From Actinomycetota bacterium (GTDB taxonomy: Bacteria; Actinomycetota; UBA4738; JBBDHU01): a stretch of DNA of 64,000 nucleotides. Both the position numbers and the translations under genes were made by a program. This document shows positions 1 to 10,105 of the stretch, one piece after another. Each line of letters begins with the position of its first letter. Position 1 is the stretch's first letter. Below the pieces are notes generated by a model. It was not told the origin of the DNA. It ran no database searches and saw only the letters and a list, made by a program, of their open reading frames with translations. The stretch spans positions 215,476 to 279,475 of the forward strand of contig JBBDHU010000003.1 of the NCBI GenBank assembly GCA_040880705.1, in the 5' to 3' direction.

Positions 1-41
1 ACGGAAGGTGCGGCCGATCTCGTGAAAGCGTCGAGCGAAGG

Positions 42-1208
42 ATGACGGAGCGCGAACGGATCCTCAGCGGCGTCCTCTACTGCGTGAAGGTCTTCCTCGC
101 GGTTCGGATCGGCCTGTTCGTTCTCAGTCTCGTCGCGGTGAACTTGATTCCGATACACGAGTTGGTGTTCCTTGACTTCCCCGGCTGGCCGGCGCACACA
201 CCGACTCCGGGAATACACAACATGTTTACCGCGCTCGAGCGCCAGGACGCCCTGTGGTTCCTTCGAATTGCGACGATCGGTTACGGGGAAGCCGACGGCA
301 GCGCGGCGTTCTTTCCCCTCTATCCGATGCTGATACGAGGCCTCTCGTTCGTGATCGGCGGCCACGAGCTGGCGGCAGCGCTGCTGATATCGAACCTGTC
401 CTTCCTTGGCGGCCTCTGCGTCCTCTTCTTCCTGACGACATCAGAGCTGTCCGAGTCCGCGGCGCGAAGGACGGTCGTGTACCTGGCCGTCTTCCCGACC
501 GCTTTCTTCTTCTTCGCTCCGTACAGCGAATCGCTCTTCCTGTTTCTCGCGGTCACCGCCTTCTGGGCCGCAAGGCGTTCGAAGTGGCCTCTCGCAGCAC
601 TGGCCGGGGCGCTCGCCGGCGCGACCCGCGGCGTCGGGGTCTTCATCGCCGTGGCGCTGGCGCTCGAGGCGCTGACCCAATCACGAGAGAAGCGCGGCGG
701 GCTACCGGGCAAGCTCGCTTGGTCCGCGGCGGCCGGCCTCGGGACCGTGGCGTACCTGGCTTTTCAGCGAATGCTTTCCGGCGACTGGCTGGCGCCGCTT
801 ACCCAGCAAGGAACGTGGCAACGCGAGGAGATGCTTCCGTGGGTCACGATCGGGCGCGCGACGCGAGAGGCATTCACGCTGATAAGCCAGCCGGGCGGGG
901 GCGTGTTCCTGATCGACTGGCTCGTGGTGGCGCCGGTTCTCGTGGCAGCCGTCTACGCGCTCTTCAGGTTTCGCCCCGCCTACAGCTTCTACACCTGGGC
1001 CTCGCTGCTCGTGCCGCTCACGCTCGTCTTCGAGCCCAGGCCGTTCCTTTCGATGCCTCGCTTCGCGCTTCCTCTGTTCCCCGTCTTTTGGTCCTTCGCC
1101 GCCTGGACGGAGAAGAGAAGGGTGTCTCACCAGGTCGTCCTGGGCGTGAGCGCGGCCGGGCTATGCCTGCTGACCTTGCTGTTCGTGAATTGGTACCCCA
1201 TTTTCTGA
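42..1208 (+). CDS. polytopic membrane protein, probable GT-C/PIG-V-like mannosyltransferase
   Basis: 388-aa ORF with about 9 hydrophobic helices. Loop motif QDALWFLRIATIGY..AAFFPLYPML resembles PIG-V/DUF2029-type membrane glycosyltransferases (family recalled, not searched). The overlapping 254..1228 frame is an Arg/Pro-rich artefact. Confidence 0.5.
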   Translation: MTERERILSGVLYCVKVFLAVRIGLFVLSLVAVNLIPIHELVFLDFPGWPAHTPTPGIHNMFTALERQDALWFLRIATIGYGEADGSAAFFPLYPMLIRGLSFVIGGHELAAALLISNLSFLGGLCVLFFLTTSELSESAARRTVVYLAVFPTAFFFFAPYSESLFLFLAVTAFWAARRSKWPLAALAGALAGATRGVGVFIAVALALEALTQSREKRGGLPGKLAWSAAAGLGTVAYLAFQRMLSGDWLAPLTQQGTWQREEMLPWVTIGRATREAFTLISQPGGGVFLIDWLVVAPVLVAAVYALFRFRPAYSFYTWASLLVPLTLVFEPRPFLSMPRFALPLFPVFWSFAAWTEKRRVSHQVVLGVSAAGLCLLTLLFVNWYPIF

Positions 1209-1229
1209 GCGACACTTCAACCGCCTAGA

Positions 1230-1916
1230 ATGAGGCCGCTCGCCGAGCGTGCACCCAGCCCGGAGCCGGGAGGGCTCGTGACTATCAAGGTTGCAATCGC
1301 GGACGATCACTCACTCGTTCGTCAGGGACTACGCCGCTATCTGGAGACCGCCGACGGTATCGAGGTGGTCGGCGAAGCTGCGAACGGCCAGGAATTGCTG
1401 GACCTCGTCTCGCACGACGCCCCCCAGATCGCGCTCGTGGACATTCGCATGCCCGAGATGGACGGCCTGGAGGCTGCCCGCCGGATGCGCGACGAGCACC
1501 CCGAGGTTGGAATCATCATGCTCTCCGCGTACGACGACCGGCAGTTCGTGGTCGAGGCGGTGCGCTCCGGCGCAAGGGGATACGTGCTCAAGGCCCGAGA
1601 CGCGGAGCACCTCATTCAGACCGTGAGGCTGGTCGCCGGCGGGAACATGGTCATCGATCCGCAGCTCGTGGTCGCGCTGGCGGAGGAGCTCTCGGACGCG
1701 AAGGAAAAGGACAGGAAGGCCGACACGCTGACCGCGCGCGAGATCGAGGTGCTTCAGCTCCTCGCCTTCGGACACACGAACCGAGACATCGCCGAGAAGC
1801 TGTTCATCTCGCCCGACACGGTGAAAACCCACCTCGAGCACATCTTCGAGAAGCTCGGAGCGTCGGACCGCACCGCGGCGGTTGCCGAGGCCCTGCGCCG
1901 CGGAGTAATCGAGTAG
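1230..1916 (+). CDS. NarL/FixJ-family response regulator (REC + LuxR HTH)
   Basis: Receiver motifs VAIADDH, VDIRMPEMDG and IIMLSAYDD. C-terminal LTAREIEVLQLLAFGHTNRDIAEKLFISPDTVKTHLEHIFEKLG. A GTG at 1278 preceded by GGGAGGG is an alternative start. Confidence 0.9.
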   Translation: MRPLAERAPSPEPGGLVTIKVAIADDHSLVRQGLRRYLETADGIEVVGEAANGQELLDLVSHDAPQIALVDIRMPEMDGLEAARRMRDEHPEVGIIMLSAYDDRQFVVEAVRSGARGYVLKARDAEHLIQTVRLVAGGNMVIDPQLVVALAEELSDAKEKDRKADTLTAREIEVLQLLAFGHTNRDIAEKLFISPDTVKTHLEHIFEKLGASDRTAAVAEALRRGVIE

Positions 1917-2026
1917 TCCTTTCGGGCCACCTGTTCGTCGCCCACATGGGCCAGAACAAAACCCCCCCGATCGGCCCCCTTTTTGACTTGGTAAAAATGC
2001 GGCTGCGCTCGCATAGTTGAGGGCAG

Positions 2027-4147
2027 ATGGCACGAGCTCTCGCGGCCAAGGGCTCGAGAGCGCCCTTGGTCGTAATCGCTGCGGCCGCGCTAACCGTTAT
2101 CGCGGTCGAGTTTGTATCGCCCGGCGGTACCCGGGTTCAAGACGTCGTGTCGGACGCGGTGATCCTCGGCTCGGCCCTGCTTTCGGCGGCGTTGATCCTT
2201 TGGAACGCGCGCGGCCCCGGCCCCATCGAAGGCAGGCTGCCGTTCGCCGCAGCAATGCTCACGCTGGCCCTTGCGAAAGCGATCGACATTCTCATGAACC
2301 TGTCCGGTCCGCCCGGGGATTCCACCAGCTCGACCGATCTGTTCTTCCTCATCATCGGCGCGCTGTTCCTCATCCCCGTCAGGACGCAGTTTCATCACCA
2401 CTTCGAGGACGCGGACCGAAGGGAGATCTGGGCGGACGTAGCTCTTATCGCCGCGGCCTTGATCGGTCCGGTTTACCTCGCGCTTCGGCCCGTCGGGGCG
2501 GATCAGGAGCTCGCCGCAATCATCTGGGCGGCGATCTTCGCAGCGACGACCGCAGCCGCCATCACCGCTTACGCGGCGGTCGTGATGTGGGTTCCCACGC
2601 GGGTCCACTTCCTCGAGTTCGCCGTCGTCGGTGCCTTTACGGGTGCGACGCTCGCGATCGGATCGGCTTGGATCCGCAACACCTCCTATTGGGGGAATGC
2701 GGCTCTCGATTTGACCGTCGCTCTGGCTTCGCTGGCACTGGCGGCCGTCGTCTGGTTCAAGGGGCGTGTCGCCGCCGAGCACCGGCAAGTCGAGAACGCG
2801 GGATGGGGCCGCGCAGCGCTCACGACTGCGGCGGTCCTGGCCGCGTCGGCCAGCCTCGGCATCGTGTCCACACTTCGCATCAGCGGCTCTGCCACTTCCA
2901 CGGAGGCGACGATTCTGTTCGCGCTTCTGGCGGCTGCCGTCGGCGCACGCATCCTCGTCAACCAGGTCCGCAGCATCCAGGCCTATCGCGAGACACGCCG
3001 GGCCCTCAAGGAGAAGGAATCCGCCCTTCACGGCGCCGACCAGGCGATGGTGCAGCTACAGGACGCGCTCGAGACGCTGAAGGATTCCGAGGAGCGCCTG
3101 CGGGTGCTCTTCGACGCCGCCTCCGACGGGATCGTCGAGATCGACGGCAACGGCGTCATCCGCCGTTCGAACGACGCGTTCTGCGCGATGGTCACGCTCG
3201 ATCGCGACTTCGTCGTCGGGCGCGAGTGGGATGAGGTCGCGCGCAGCGTCGACGGGGCCGACGCCTCGTTGGTTTCGCTTCCGGAGACCGGCCAGACCAC
3301 GCTCAGCCGCGAGGGTCACAGCGTGTTCCTCGAGGCCCGTACCTCGGAGATACCCGGCGAGAACCCGGGCCGGCTCCTTTTGGTCAGGGACGTAACGGCC
3401 ACGAAGGTCGCCGAGCAGACGATCCGATCGCTTTTCAAGTTCCTGCAGGACCGCGACGAGGACCGCACCCGCCTGCTCAAGCGAACCAACACCGCGATCG
3501 AATCCGAACGAAACCGCGTCGCGCGCGACCTTCACGACGGTCCGGTGCAGGGAGTCTCCGCCGCATCGCTATCGCTTGAAGCCGTCCTCTTGATGATCAA
3601 GGGGGAGGACATCCCTCGCGCTCGGGACACACTTGTGAAGGTGAGGAACCAGCTCTCGGAGGAAGCCGACAACCTGCGGCATCTTATGGGCAACCTCCGA
3701 CCGCCCCTCCTGGAGGAGCGCGGGTTGATCCCGGCGCTACAGGAAACGGTGTCCAGGTTCGGGCGGGACGCAGGCCTCGAGACCTCCTTCAGAAGCAGGG
3801 CGCTGGTCGACCTGCCGCCCGACATCGAGACCCTCGCCTACAGGCTGGTCCAGGAGGCCCTCTCGAACGCCGGCAAGCATTCGAAGGCGCGCAAGTTATC
3901 CGTCAGCGTGGACGCGGTGGCCGGGCAGCTTCGCATCGAGATTGGCGACGACGGGATCGGGTTCGATCCCTCCAATGCAAGGGATTTCCTGCGAATGGGC
4001 AAGGTCGGGCTCGCGTCCATGCGAGAGCGAATCGAACTCGCGAGCGGGACCTTCATGGTGCGCTCGAGCCACGGCGGCGGGACCACGATCATTGCGACCC
4101 TGCCCCTGGAAACGATCCCGGCCGCGTCCAGCATGATGGTGGAGTAG
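2027..4147 (+). CDS. membrane sensor histidine kinase (multi-TM, PAS, HisKA_3, HATPase_c)
   Basis: About 8 N-terminal hydrophobic helices; PAS block LRVLFDAASDGIVEIDGNGVIRRSN; H-box RVARDLHDGPVQ (HisKA_3); N/G boxes QEALSNAGKHS and DDGIGFD. Lies directly downstream of the NarL-type regulator. Confidence 0.9.
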   Translation: MARALAAKGSRAPLVVIAAAALTVIAVEFVSPGGTRVQDVVSDAVILGSALLSAALILWNARGPGPIEGRLPFAAAMLTLALAKAIDILMNLSGPPGDSTSSTDLFFLIIGALFLIPVRTQFHHHFEDADRREIWADVALIAAALIGPVYLALRPVGADQELAAIIWAAIFAATTAAAITAYAAVVMWVPTRVHFLEFAVVGAFTGATLAIGSAWIRNTSYWGNAALDLTVALASLALAAVVWFKGRVAAEHRQVENAGWGRAALTTAAVLAASASLGIVSTLRISGSATSTEATILFALLAAAVGARILVNQVRSIQAYRETRRALKEKESALHGADQAMVQLQDALETLKDSEERLRVLFDAASDGIVEIDGNGVIRRSNDAFCAMVTLDRDFVVGREWDEVARSVDGADASLVSLPETGQTTLSREGHSVFLEARTSEIPGENPGRLLLVRDVTATKVAEQTIRSLFKFLQDRDEDRTRLLKRTNTAIESERNRVARDLHDGPVQGVSAASLSLEAVLLMIKGEDIPRARDTLVKVRNQLSEEADNLRHLMGNLRPPLLEERGLIPALQETVSRFGRDAGLETSFRSRALVDLPPDIETLAYRLVQEALSNAGKHSKARKLSVSVDAVAGQLRIEIGDDGIGFDPSNARDFLRMGKVGLASMRERIELASGTFMVRSSHGGGTTIIATLPLETIPAASSMMVE

Positions 4148-6229
4148 CTAGGGCGTCGGCTCCGGCGGGCTCGGCCCGTCGGTCGGCTCCTCGCCCGGTT
4201 CCTCGTCCGGCTTCGGTTTAGGCGACGGCTCCTCGGCCGGCGGTGTGGTCGGCTCCGGAGCGGGCGGCGTGTAGCCCTTCTGGTTCCTGGAGAAGTCGGG
4301 CCTCGGGAAGTCCTCGAAATCGTCCGGATCGAGCTTCCTGATGCGCATGTAGTCCAGCATGAAGTCCTGCCAGATCTCGGCGGGGATCGTCCCGCCGTAG
4401 ACGGTCGGGACGCCCTCGACGTTGTACATCGGCTTCGGCCGCTTCGCGTAACCCATCCAGACGCAGGTCGAGAGCTCGCTCGTGTAACCGCAGAACCAGG
4501 CGTCCTTGTAATCCTGCGCCGTCCCCGTCTTCCCGGCGATGGCCACTCCGGGAATCGCCGCCGCGACGCCCGTTCCCTCGGTGACGACGTCCTTCAGCGC
4601 CCAAGAAACCAGCTTGGCGTCGTTCGGCTGGATCCCCTTGCCCTCTTGCGCGGCCGATTTGAACTTACGCACGCCGCCCGGCCCTTTGATCGACTCGATC
4701 GCCAGCGGCGCGTGATAGTCGCCTCCGGCCGCCAGCGTGGCGTACGCGGCAGTCATGTCCAGAGGCGTAACCCCCTGGCTTCCCAAAGTGATCGAGCATG
4801 GCACCGGCTTGTCGAACTTCGAATGGATCCCCATGGCCTTCGCAGTCTTGGCGACATTCTCGGGGCCGACCTCTGTGACGAGCTGCGCAAACACCGTGTT
4901 CACCGAATGCGCGGCTGCGGCCTCCAGGGTGAAGGTGCCGGCCTCGCTGGGATCGGCATTGCCGACCTCCCAGGGCGCTCCGCTCGGGTCGGCGCATTCG
5001 GGGTCCCGAATCACTATCGAAGATGGCCCGTTCCAGGTCGACGAGAGCGAATAGCCCTGCTGCATCGCGGCGGCCAGAGTGAAGGTCTTGAATGCCGATC
5101 CGGCCTGGCGTTCGGCTTGCGTCGCGAGGTTGAACTGCGACTCGGTGAAGTCGTCGCCTCCGACCATGGCGATGATGTCGCCGTTCTTGGGGTCGATCGC
5201 CACCAGCGCGGCCTGCGGATCGCCCTTGGCGTTCAAGTGCTGCCGGTAGACGATATCCTCGGCGGCCTGTTGGACCTCCAAGTCGAGCGTGGACTTGATG
5301 TTCAATCCGCCGCCGAGGACCGCCTCGCTCCCGTAGTTCGGGTCGTTGACCAGGTTGCGCCTTACGACCTCGGCGAAGTACGCGCCGGGGTAATCCGCGA
5401 AGCTCCGCCTGCTGACGGTCACCTTCCTCTCCTTTAGACGCGCTGCCGTTTCCGGGTCGATGTAACCGTCCTCGGCCATCCGGTCCAGGACGTAGTTCCG
5501 CCTGATCTTCGCCTCGATTCTGTGATCGACGGGGTCGAACCTGGAGGGCGCCGCGATCACGCCGGCGAGGGTCGCGGACTGGATCAGCGTCAGGTCGCGG
5601 GCCGGCTCGTCCCAGTAGGTGCGCGCGGCCGCCTCGACACCGTATGCGCCCTGGCCGAAGTAGATCGTGTTCAAGTACTTCTCGAGGATCTCGTCCTTCG
5701 ATAGCTCGCGTTCGAGTTTGACCGCGAGCATGGCCTCCTCGATCTTCCGCCGGAAGGTCCGCTCGCCGCCCGTGTACACGTTCTTCACGTACTGCTGGGT
5801 GATCGTCGAGCCGCCCTGTTCGATCGAGCGGTTCATGATGTCGGCGATCGCTGCGCGGGCGATCGCGATCGGGCTTATGCCCCCGTGCTCGTAGAAGTCC
5901 TTGTCCTCCGCGGCGATGACCGCGTTGCGAAGGGCCGGCGGCATGCTCTCAAGAGGGATGACCGTCCGGTCGACCTCGCTGTGGAAGGTCGTGATGAGCT
6001 TGCCGTTTCGATCCCTCAAGTGACTCGACTCGATCGGCGGCGGCGCGTCCGGAATATCGAGGTTTATGTAGACGAAGAAGAGCGCGCCGGCTACGGCCAG
6101 GAACCCGACGACCGGTACGAGCACGAAGAACCACCAGAACCGGCGAAAGAACCCGCGCTTCTTCTTGGATTTGGGCCCGCGCGAATACTTCGCGGACCTT
6201 CGAGGGGCAGTTCGGGAATCCACGGGCAA
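4148..6229 (-). CDS. class A penicillin-binding protein (transglycosylase/transpeptidase, PBP1 family)
   Basis: GT51 motifs EDKDFYEHGG, GGSTITQQ and RKIEE. Transpeptidase motifs SAFK (SxxK), SVN (SxN) and KTGT. N-terminal TM anchor and a Pro/Glu-rich C-terminal tail. Confidence 0.95.
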   Translation of the reverse strand: MPVDSRTAPRRSAKYSRGPKSKKKRGFFRRFWWFFVLVPVVGFLAVAGALFFVYINLDIPDAPPPIESSHLRDRNGKLITTFHSEVDRTVIPLESMPPALRNAVIAAEDKDFYEHGGISPIAIARAAIADIMNRSIEQGGSTITQQYVKNVYTGGERTFRRKIEEAMLAVKLERELSKDEILEKYLNTIYFGQGAYGVEAAARTYWDEPARDLTLIQSATLAGVIAAPSRFDPVDHRIEAKIRRNYVLDRMAEDGYIDPETAARLKERKVTVSRRSFADYPGAYFAEVVRRNLVNDPNYGSEAVLGGGLNIKSTLDLEVQQAAEDIVYRQHLNAKGDPQAALVAIDPKNGDIIAMVGGDDFTESQFNLATQAERQAGSAFKTFTLAAAMQQGYSLSSTWNGPSSIVIRDPECADPSGAPWEVGNADPSEAGTFTLEAAAAHSVNTVFAQLVTEVGPENVAKTAKAMGIHSKFDKPVPCSITLGSQGVTPLDMTAAYATLAAGGDYHAPLAIESIKGPGGVRKFKSAAQEGKGIQPNDAKLVSWALKDVVTEGTGVAAAIPGVAIAGKTGTAQDYKDAWFCGYTSELSTCVWMGYAKRPKPMYNVEGVPTVYGGTIPAEIWQDFMLDYMRIRKLDPDDFEDFPRPDFSRNQKGYTPPAPEPTTPPAEEPSPKPKPDEEPGEEPTDGPSPPEPTP

Positions 6230-6266
6230 GGCGAATCCATCCTACAGCGCGGTTTTCCAACTACTG

Positions 6267-6671
6267 CTAGCCGGCGTAACGGGCGGTGAAGGCCTCCGAG
6301 AGGTGGTTCCATGAACAGGAAGTGCAGACCTCGACTACATAGCATGCGGCGCCGCGGTGGCTGGCGGCCAAAACCAAAGCCTTGTCGAGCGCCCAGACCC
6401 TGCCGTTGTCGCGCTTGAGGTCTTCCCCGTAGACGTAAGCCAGCAGACGAAGCCCGCGCTCCTGGCAAACCGGGCACTCGCGAGATGCGCGCTCGCCAAC
6501 ATGCTTCGCGGCCCTGATCAGCTCCGGGTGGGCGTCGCAGATCTCGAACTGGGAGATCATCCCCCGGCGGAAATCCCGGAGAAGCGCCCTCTTGGCGAGG
6601 GTGTAGTCGACGACCCCCAGCGGGGATTTCTTCCGACCCGGCTTCTTCGCCGGCCCTTTTCGTGCCTGCAT
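6267..6671 (-). CDS. DUF5318-family protein (Rv0049-like, conserved next to PBP1 in actinobacteria)
   Basis: 134-aa ORF with CPVC...CTSC cysteine pairs and a DYTLAKRALL motif. Same position relative to the PBP1 gene as in mycobacteria (recalled synteny). Confidence 0.7.
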   Translation of the reverse strand: MQARKGPAKKPGRKKSPLGVVDYTLAKRALLRDFRRGMISQFEICDAHPELIRAAKHVGERASRECPVCQERGLRLLAYVYGEDLKRDNGRVWALDKALVLAASHRGAACYVVEVCTSCSWNHLSEAFTARYAG

Positions 6672-6759
6672 GGTGAGCGCATTCTACTCCCCCACCTCGA
6701 TTCGGTCGTGCTCAAGCCAGGCACCGTCCCGGCCGATAACTCCAGCAGGGAGAGCGCCC

Positions 6760-7692
6760 ATGGAAAGAGCGAACTCCATAGCCATTCCTAGAAGGCGGGC
6801 AGCCATTGCGCTACTGGTGGCGGCCCTCGTGGCCCCGATCGTCGTCGGCACCCAGGTGAACCGCGTGGAGACCCCGAGGTTCGTCTGGCACGACGGCGTC
6901 GCCGCCGAGATTCCTCCCGCCGGCACTGGAGTCAGGCTCGAAGCCGATACCCCGTCGGGGCACAAAGTGCTAACGGTCATCACGCAGAAGGACGGCACGG
7001 TCAGCATCGGGCGCGACAACCACGGAGGCTCGAGCGGCAATGAAGCCTCGCTCGCTTCCACGGCCGTCAGTGGAAAGAATCCCTGCCCGAACTGCCCGAC
7101 GGAATGCAAGGACGGCGCGTACTCACTGCTTAGCTACAAGGAAAGCACCGGGTTGAACTGGTACTTCAAACGCAGTTCGGCCCCCTCGAACGTCGGCGCC
7201 GACGCAGCGCAGTCAGCCCTGATCGCCGCGGCGAATAGGGTAAAGAACTCATCCAATGCCTGCCGGATCACGGATCAGGTGTCGGCTGTTCACACCTTCC
7301 TCGGCGACACCACGGCGTCGTCGAACATCTCGAAGGACATCCGGTGCCTCGCGAACGACAACCAGAGCACGGTGGACTTCGCGCCGCTCAACGCCCCGGC
7401 GGTAACCTGCGCGTGGTTCAGCGTCCTTCCGGGTGTAGACGAGGTGAGTGCGGCCGACATCCGCATAAACAGCGGCACGAAGTGGACGACCAAACCCGGC
7501 TCTTCCTCCTGCCGGCGCGCTTACGATGTCCAGGGTCTCGCGGCCCACGAGTTCGGACACGCGTTCGGCCTCGGGCACGTGAGCCCGTCGCACGGGAACC
7601 TCACGATGAGCACCTACGGCTTGCCGGACTGCTCGTCGGCGTACCGGACTTTCGGCAAGGGTGACGTGAAGGGCTTGCAGGCGCTTTACTGA
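6760..7692 (+). CDS. secreted matrixin-like (M10) zinc metalloprotease
   Basis: Zinc motif HEFGHAFGLGH followed by LTMSTYG (Met-turn). Signal-like N-terminus MERANSIAIPRRRAAIALLVAALVAP from the ATG at 6760; the ORF track starts earlier, at 6670. Confidence 0.8.
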   Translation: MERANSIAIPRRRAAIALLVAALVAPIVVGTQVNRVETPRFVWHDGVAAEIPPAGTGVRLEADTPSGHKVLTVITQKDGTVSIGRDNHGGSSGNEASLASTAVSGKNPCPNCPTECKDGAYSLLSYKESTGLNWYFKRSSAPSNVGADAAQSALIAAANRVKNSSNACRITDQVSAVHTFLGDTTASSNISKDIRCLANDNQSTVDFAPLNAPAVTCAWFSVLPGVDEVSAADIRINSGTKWTTKPGSSSCRRAYDVQGLAAHEFGHAFGLGHVSPSHGNLTMSTYGLPDCSSAYRTFGKGDVKGLQALY

Positions 7693-8051
7693 GGCAGATC
7701 GACAACGGCCCGGGCCGTGGCGCGAACTTCCCTGGGGCCCGGGACGAGAAGCAAGTCCCCAGTCGTTCGTTTCACCTCCACGACGGCCTGAATGGATCCA
7801 GGTGAGCAGTCACACCGGACGAGTTCCGCTCCGTTTGCCCTCGAGTACTCGGCAGCAACAGACTCGGGCGTCCTATCAGATGGGATCGCAAGCTCTTGCA
7901 CCGCCGCAAGCGCCGCCAGATCGGCAGCGCTTTGAGCACGCGCAGACGAAGACAGCGTTCGCGCCATGTCCGCCAAGCCAAGCACCAGGACCATCACCAT
8001 CAGCATCACCGCTGCGGCAAGCAACGTCACCGAACCCCGCTGAGCGGTCAC
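7686..8051 (-). CDS. TadE-like pseudopilin (Rv3654c family)
   Basis: N-terminal GSVTLLAAAVMLMVMVLVL hydrophobic segment, then SAADLAALAA. Last gene of the Tad operon. Confidence 0.7.
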   Translation of the reverse strand: MTAQRGSVTLLAAAVMLMVMVLVLGLADMARTLSSSARAQSAADLAALAAVQELAIPSDRTPESVAAEYSRANGAELVRCDCSPGSIQAVVEVKRTTGDLLLVPGPREVRATARAVVDLPQ

Positions 8052-8437
8052 GTGAACTCTTGTCTCGCGGTAGAAACCGAGTTCAGAGAGACTGAATCAG
8101 GGAACAGCTCCCCGACGAACGGTACTCCCGGTGCCGCCGAATACGAAACGGACGCGGTGACCGGATCACCCCGGCCTCCGTTGCGCGCAATGCTCACATC
8201 GAGCGCCTCTGGTTCGAGCCCGGGAGCCGCCCGTTCGGCGGCTACCCGGACTCGCTCGTCATCGGCGTCGAGTGCCGCCTCCCGAGCGGCGGCTCGCGAC
8301 GCTTGGACCACCAGCAGTTGATCGCGCATCAGCAGGCCAACCTGAACCAGTGCGAGCGTCAAGAACAGCAGGAGCGGAAGCACGAGAGCAAACTCGACAA
8401 CCGCCGACCCTCGCTCCTCAGATCGGCTAGTCCGCAC
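8048..8437 (-). CDS. TadE-family pilus assembly protein
   Basis: ERGSAVVEFALVLPLLLFLTLALVQVG is a typical TadE N-terminal motif. 4-nt overlap with the downstream gene. Confidence 0.75.
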   Translation of the reverse strand: MRTSRSEERGSAVVEFALVLPLLLFLTLALVQVGLLMRDQLLVVQASRAAAREAALDADDERVRVAAERAAPGLEPEALDVSIARNGGRGDPVTASVSYSAAPGVPFVGELFPDSVSLNSVSTARQEFT

Positions 8438-8627
8438 TTCCGGCCACCTGGTCGATGATGTTGTCGAAGAAGGAAGGCAGTTTTCCCGAAGATCTCGCCC
8501 AAGCGATCAGAACGACCGCTACGGCGGCAGCCGCAAGGATGACGAGCGCGTATTCGGCGGTTGTCTGCCCGGGTTCGCGTCGCAGCGATACACGCAAACC
8601 AAGAAACGATCGAAGGAACATGGTCAC
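8427..8627 (-). CDS. Flp-like pilin / DUF4244 small protein
   Basis: 66 aa. GQTTAEYALVILAAAAVAVVLIAW matches the Flp-type G/xxxEY processing motif followed by a hydrophobic helix. Confidence 0.65.
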   Translation of the reverse strand: MTMFLRSFLGLRVSLRREPGQTTAEYALVILAAAAVAVVLIAWARSSGKLPSFFDNIIDQVAGSAD

Positions 8628-8633
8628 CTCCTC

Positions 8634-9278
8634 TCAGTCAATCGACCTCAGAGTCGATAGCAGCACCGGTACGACGGTGAGGAGGAGGAAAGCCGGAAGG
8701 ACGAGGAAGACCAGCGGAAAAAGCATCTTGACCGGAGCACGCCGGGCGCGCTCGGATGCCCGGTCGCGTCTCGCCGCTCGAACCTGGTCGGCAATGCCAT
8801 TGATGGCCTTGGCAAGCGAAGCACCGAGAACCTCACTTCTCCTGAGCGTCGCGACGGCGCGCCGAAGATCGGCGAGTTGCAAGCGGTCGGCAAGTGCGCC
8901 AAGTTCGTCTCGCCACCTTCGACCGAGGTCAATCGACTGCATCGCCGCTTGGACTTCTTCGGCGAGAGGACCGTCGATTGCCTCAACCGATCGCCGTAGG
9001 GCAAGCGGCGTCGCAAGGCCCGCCGCGGAGCACGCCGCGATTGCATCGAACAGTTGAGGCAACTCGGCATCTGCGGCTTGAGTTCTCGCCCTCGCCGCAC
9101 TTGCGCCCGCGAGACTCGGAATCCACGAGCGGTACCATCGCACTCCCGTTTCCGACGAGCCCTCGGTCGGCTCGAAGTCGACGCCAACTCTCGCAATAAC
9201 GGCTCGATCCCGGATAAGGACGACGGAGGCACCAAGGCAGATCCCGGAAGCCACAGCGAACAAAGAAGCGAGAATCAT
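8634..9278 (-). CDS. type II secretion system F-domain protein (TadC-like)
   Basis: T2SSF-like membrane protein. The ATG at 9278 forms an ATGA overlap with the TadB stop; the ORF track extends to 9308. Confidence 0.75.
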   Translation of the reverse strand: MILASLFAVASGICLGASVVLIRDRAVIARVGVDFEPTEGSSETGVRWYRSWIPSLAGASAARARTQAADAELPQLFDAIAACSAAGLATPLALRRSVEAIDGPLAEEVQAAMQSIDLGRRWRDELGALADRLQLADLRRAVATLRRSEVLGASLAKAINGIADQVRAARRDRASERARRAPVKMLFPLVFLVLPAFLLLTVVPVLLSTLRSID

Positions 9279-10105
9279 GCCGCAACCCGAAGCAGACGAC
9301 GGATCCAAACGAACGCAGCGGCCTGCAGCAATCCTCCCAGAAGAATCGCCGCGATTCCCAATGGGGATCGATAGGCCGCTTCCATGTCCTCTCTGGAGAT
9401 TGCCGAAAGAAACAGGAAGAAGCCGATCGGCAGGAGCCCCAGGATGGCCCCGGACAACCGCGCCTGCGCCGTTAGCGAGCGAATCTCCCGCGACGCAGCC
9501 CTCCTCTCGGAGAGGGTTCGCGCGAGCTGATCTAGCACGACCGGCAAATCACCACCGGTGCGGTTGTGAAGACGAAGAACCGTCGCAAACAGGCGACCGT
9601 CGCGATTGGAGCGTGACGCCCACTCTTCGAGGGCTTCACCAAGAGGAATCCCCATGGATTCTCGTTCCACGACGGCAAGGAGCTCTTCGCGCAGAGGTGG
9701 ATTGCTTTCCTCGGCCGAGAACCTGACGGCCTGAGAAACGGAAAATCCCGCTCGCATCGCTTCCGCCACACATGCGGCGGCTTCCGCAAGCTGATCCTCG
9801 ACCAACTCACGGTGTCGCTCTCGCTGCCGTCGCCTCCGGAGAACCGGAAGGGCAACGACGGCCGTGATCGAGGCTGCCGCTCCAGCAGGTCCCGCTATGT
9901 ACCAGCCGGCGGCAAGACCACCCAGCGCTTTCGCCGAGGGCAGCGCGAGCCGTCGCAAACGGGCTGCTCGTGAACCCGTGAGGGGAACTCGAAAATGCGC
10001 TCCCGCGCGAACAAGCAAGGCGTCGCCTGTCCGGCAAGTTGCAGCCAATCCTCCAGCTACCCCCGCCAATACGAACGCGCCGACAGCCACTAAAGCAGGA
10101 GTCAT
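9275..10105 (-). CDS. type II secretion system F-domain protein (TadB-like)
   Basis: 276-aa membrane protein with a T2SSF core. ATGA overlap with the TadA stop at 10102-10105. Confidence 0.8.
   Translation of the reverse strand: MTPALVAVGAFVLAGVAGGLAATCRTGDALLVRAGAHFRVPLTGSRAARLRRLALPSAKALGGLAAGWYIAGPAGAAASITAVVALPVLRRRRQRERHRELVEDQLAEAAACVAEAMRAGFSVSQAVRFSAEESNPPLREELLAVVERESMGIPLGEALEEWASRSNRDGRLFATVLRLHNRTGGDLPVVLDQLARTLSERRAASREIRSLTAQARLSGAILGLLPIGFFLFLSAISREDMEAAYRSPLGIAAILLGGLLQAAAFVWIRRLLRVAA

Noticed and set aside
254-1228. Long alternative-frame or antisense ORFs throughout the window (e.g. 254..1228, 2017..3234, 2090..3031, 23483..24208, 24473..25378, 28235..29071, 28779..29717, 30564..31406, 36006..37247, 43073..43828, 43878..44762, 57434..58339, 58567..59466)
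   Set aside because: All overlap a gene with clear family motifs. Their translations are Arg/Pro/Gly/Ala-rich low-complexity strings, typical of non-coding frames in high-GC DNA. None has a recognisable motif.
4148-4270. Pro/Glu-rich repetitive 3' end of the PBP1 gene as a repeat element
   Set aside because: It is a low-complexity C-terminal tail (PAPEPTTPPAEEPSPKPKPDEEPGEEPT), common in actinobacterial PBPs. It is in frame with the gene.
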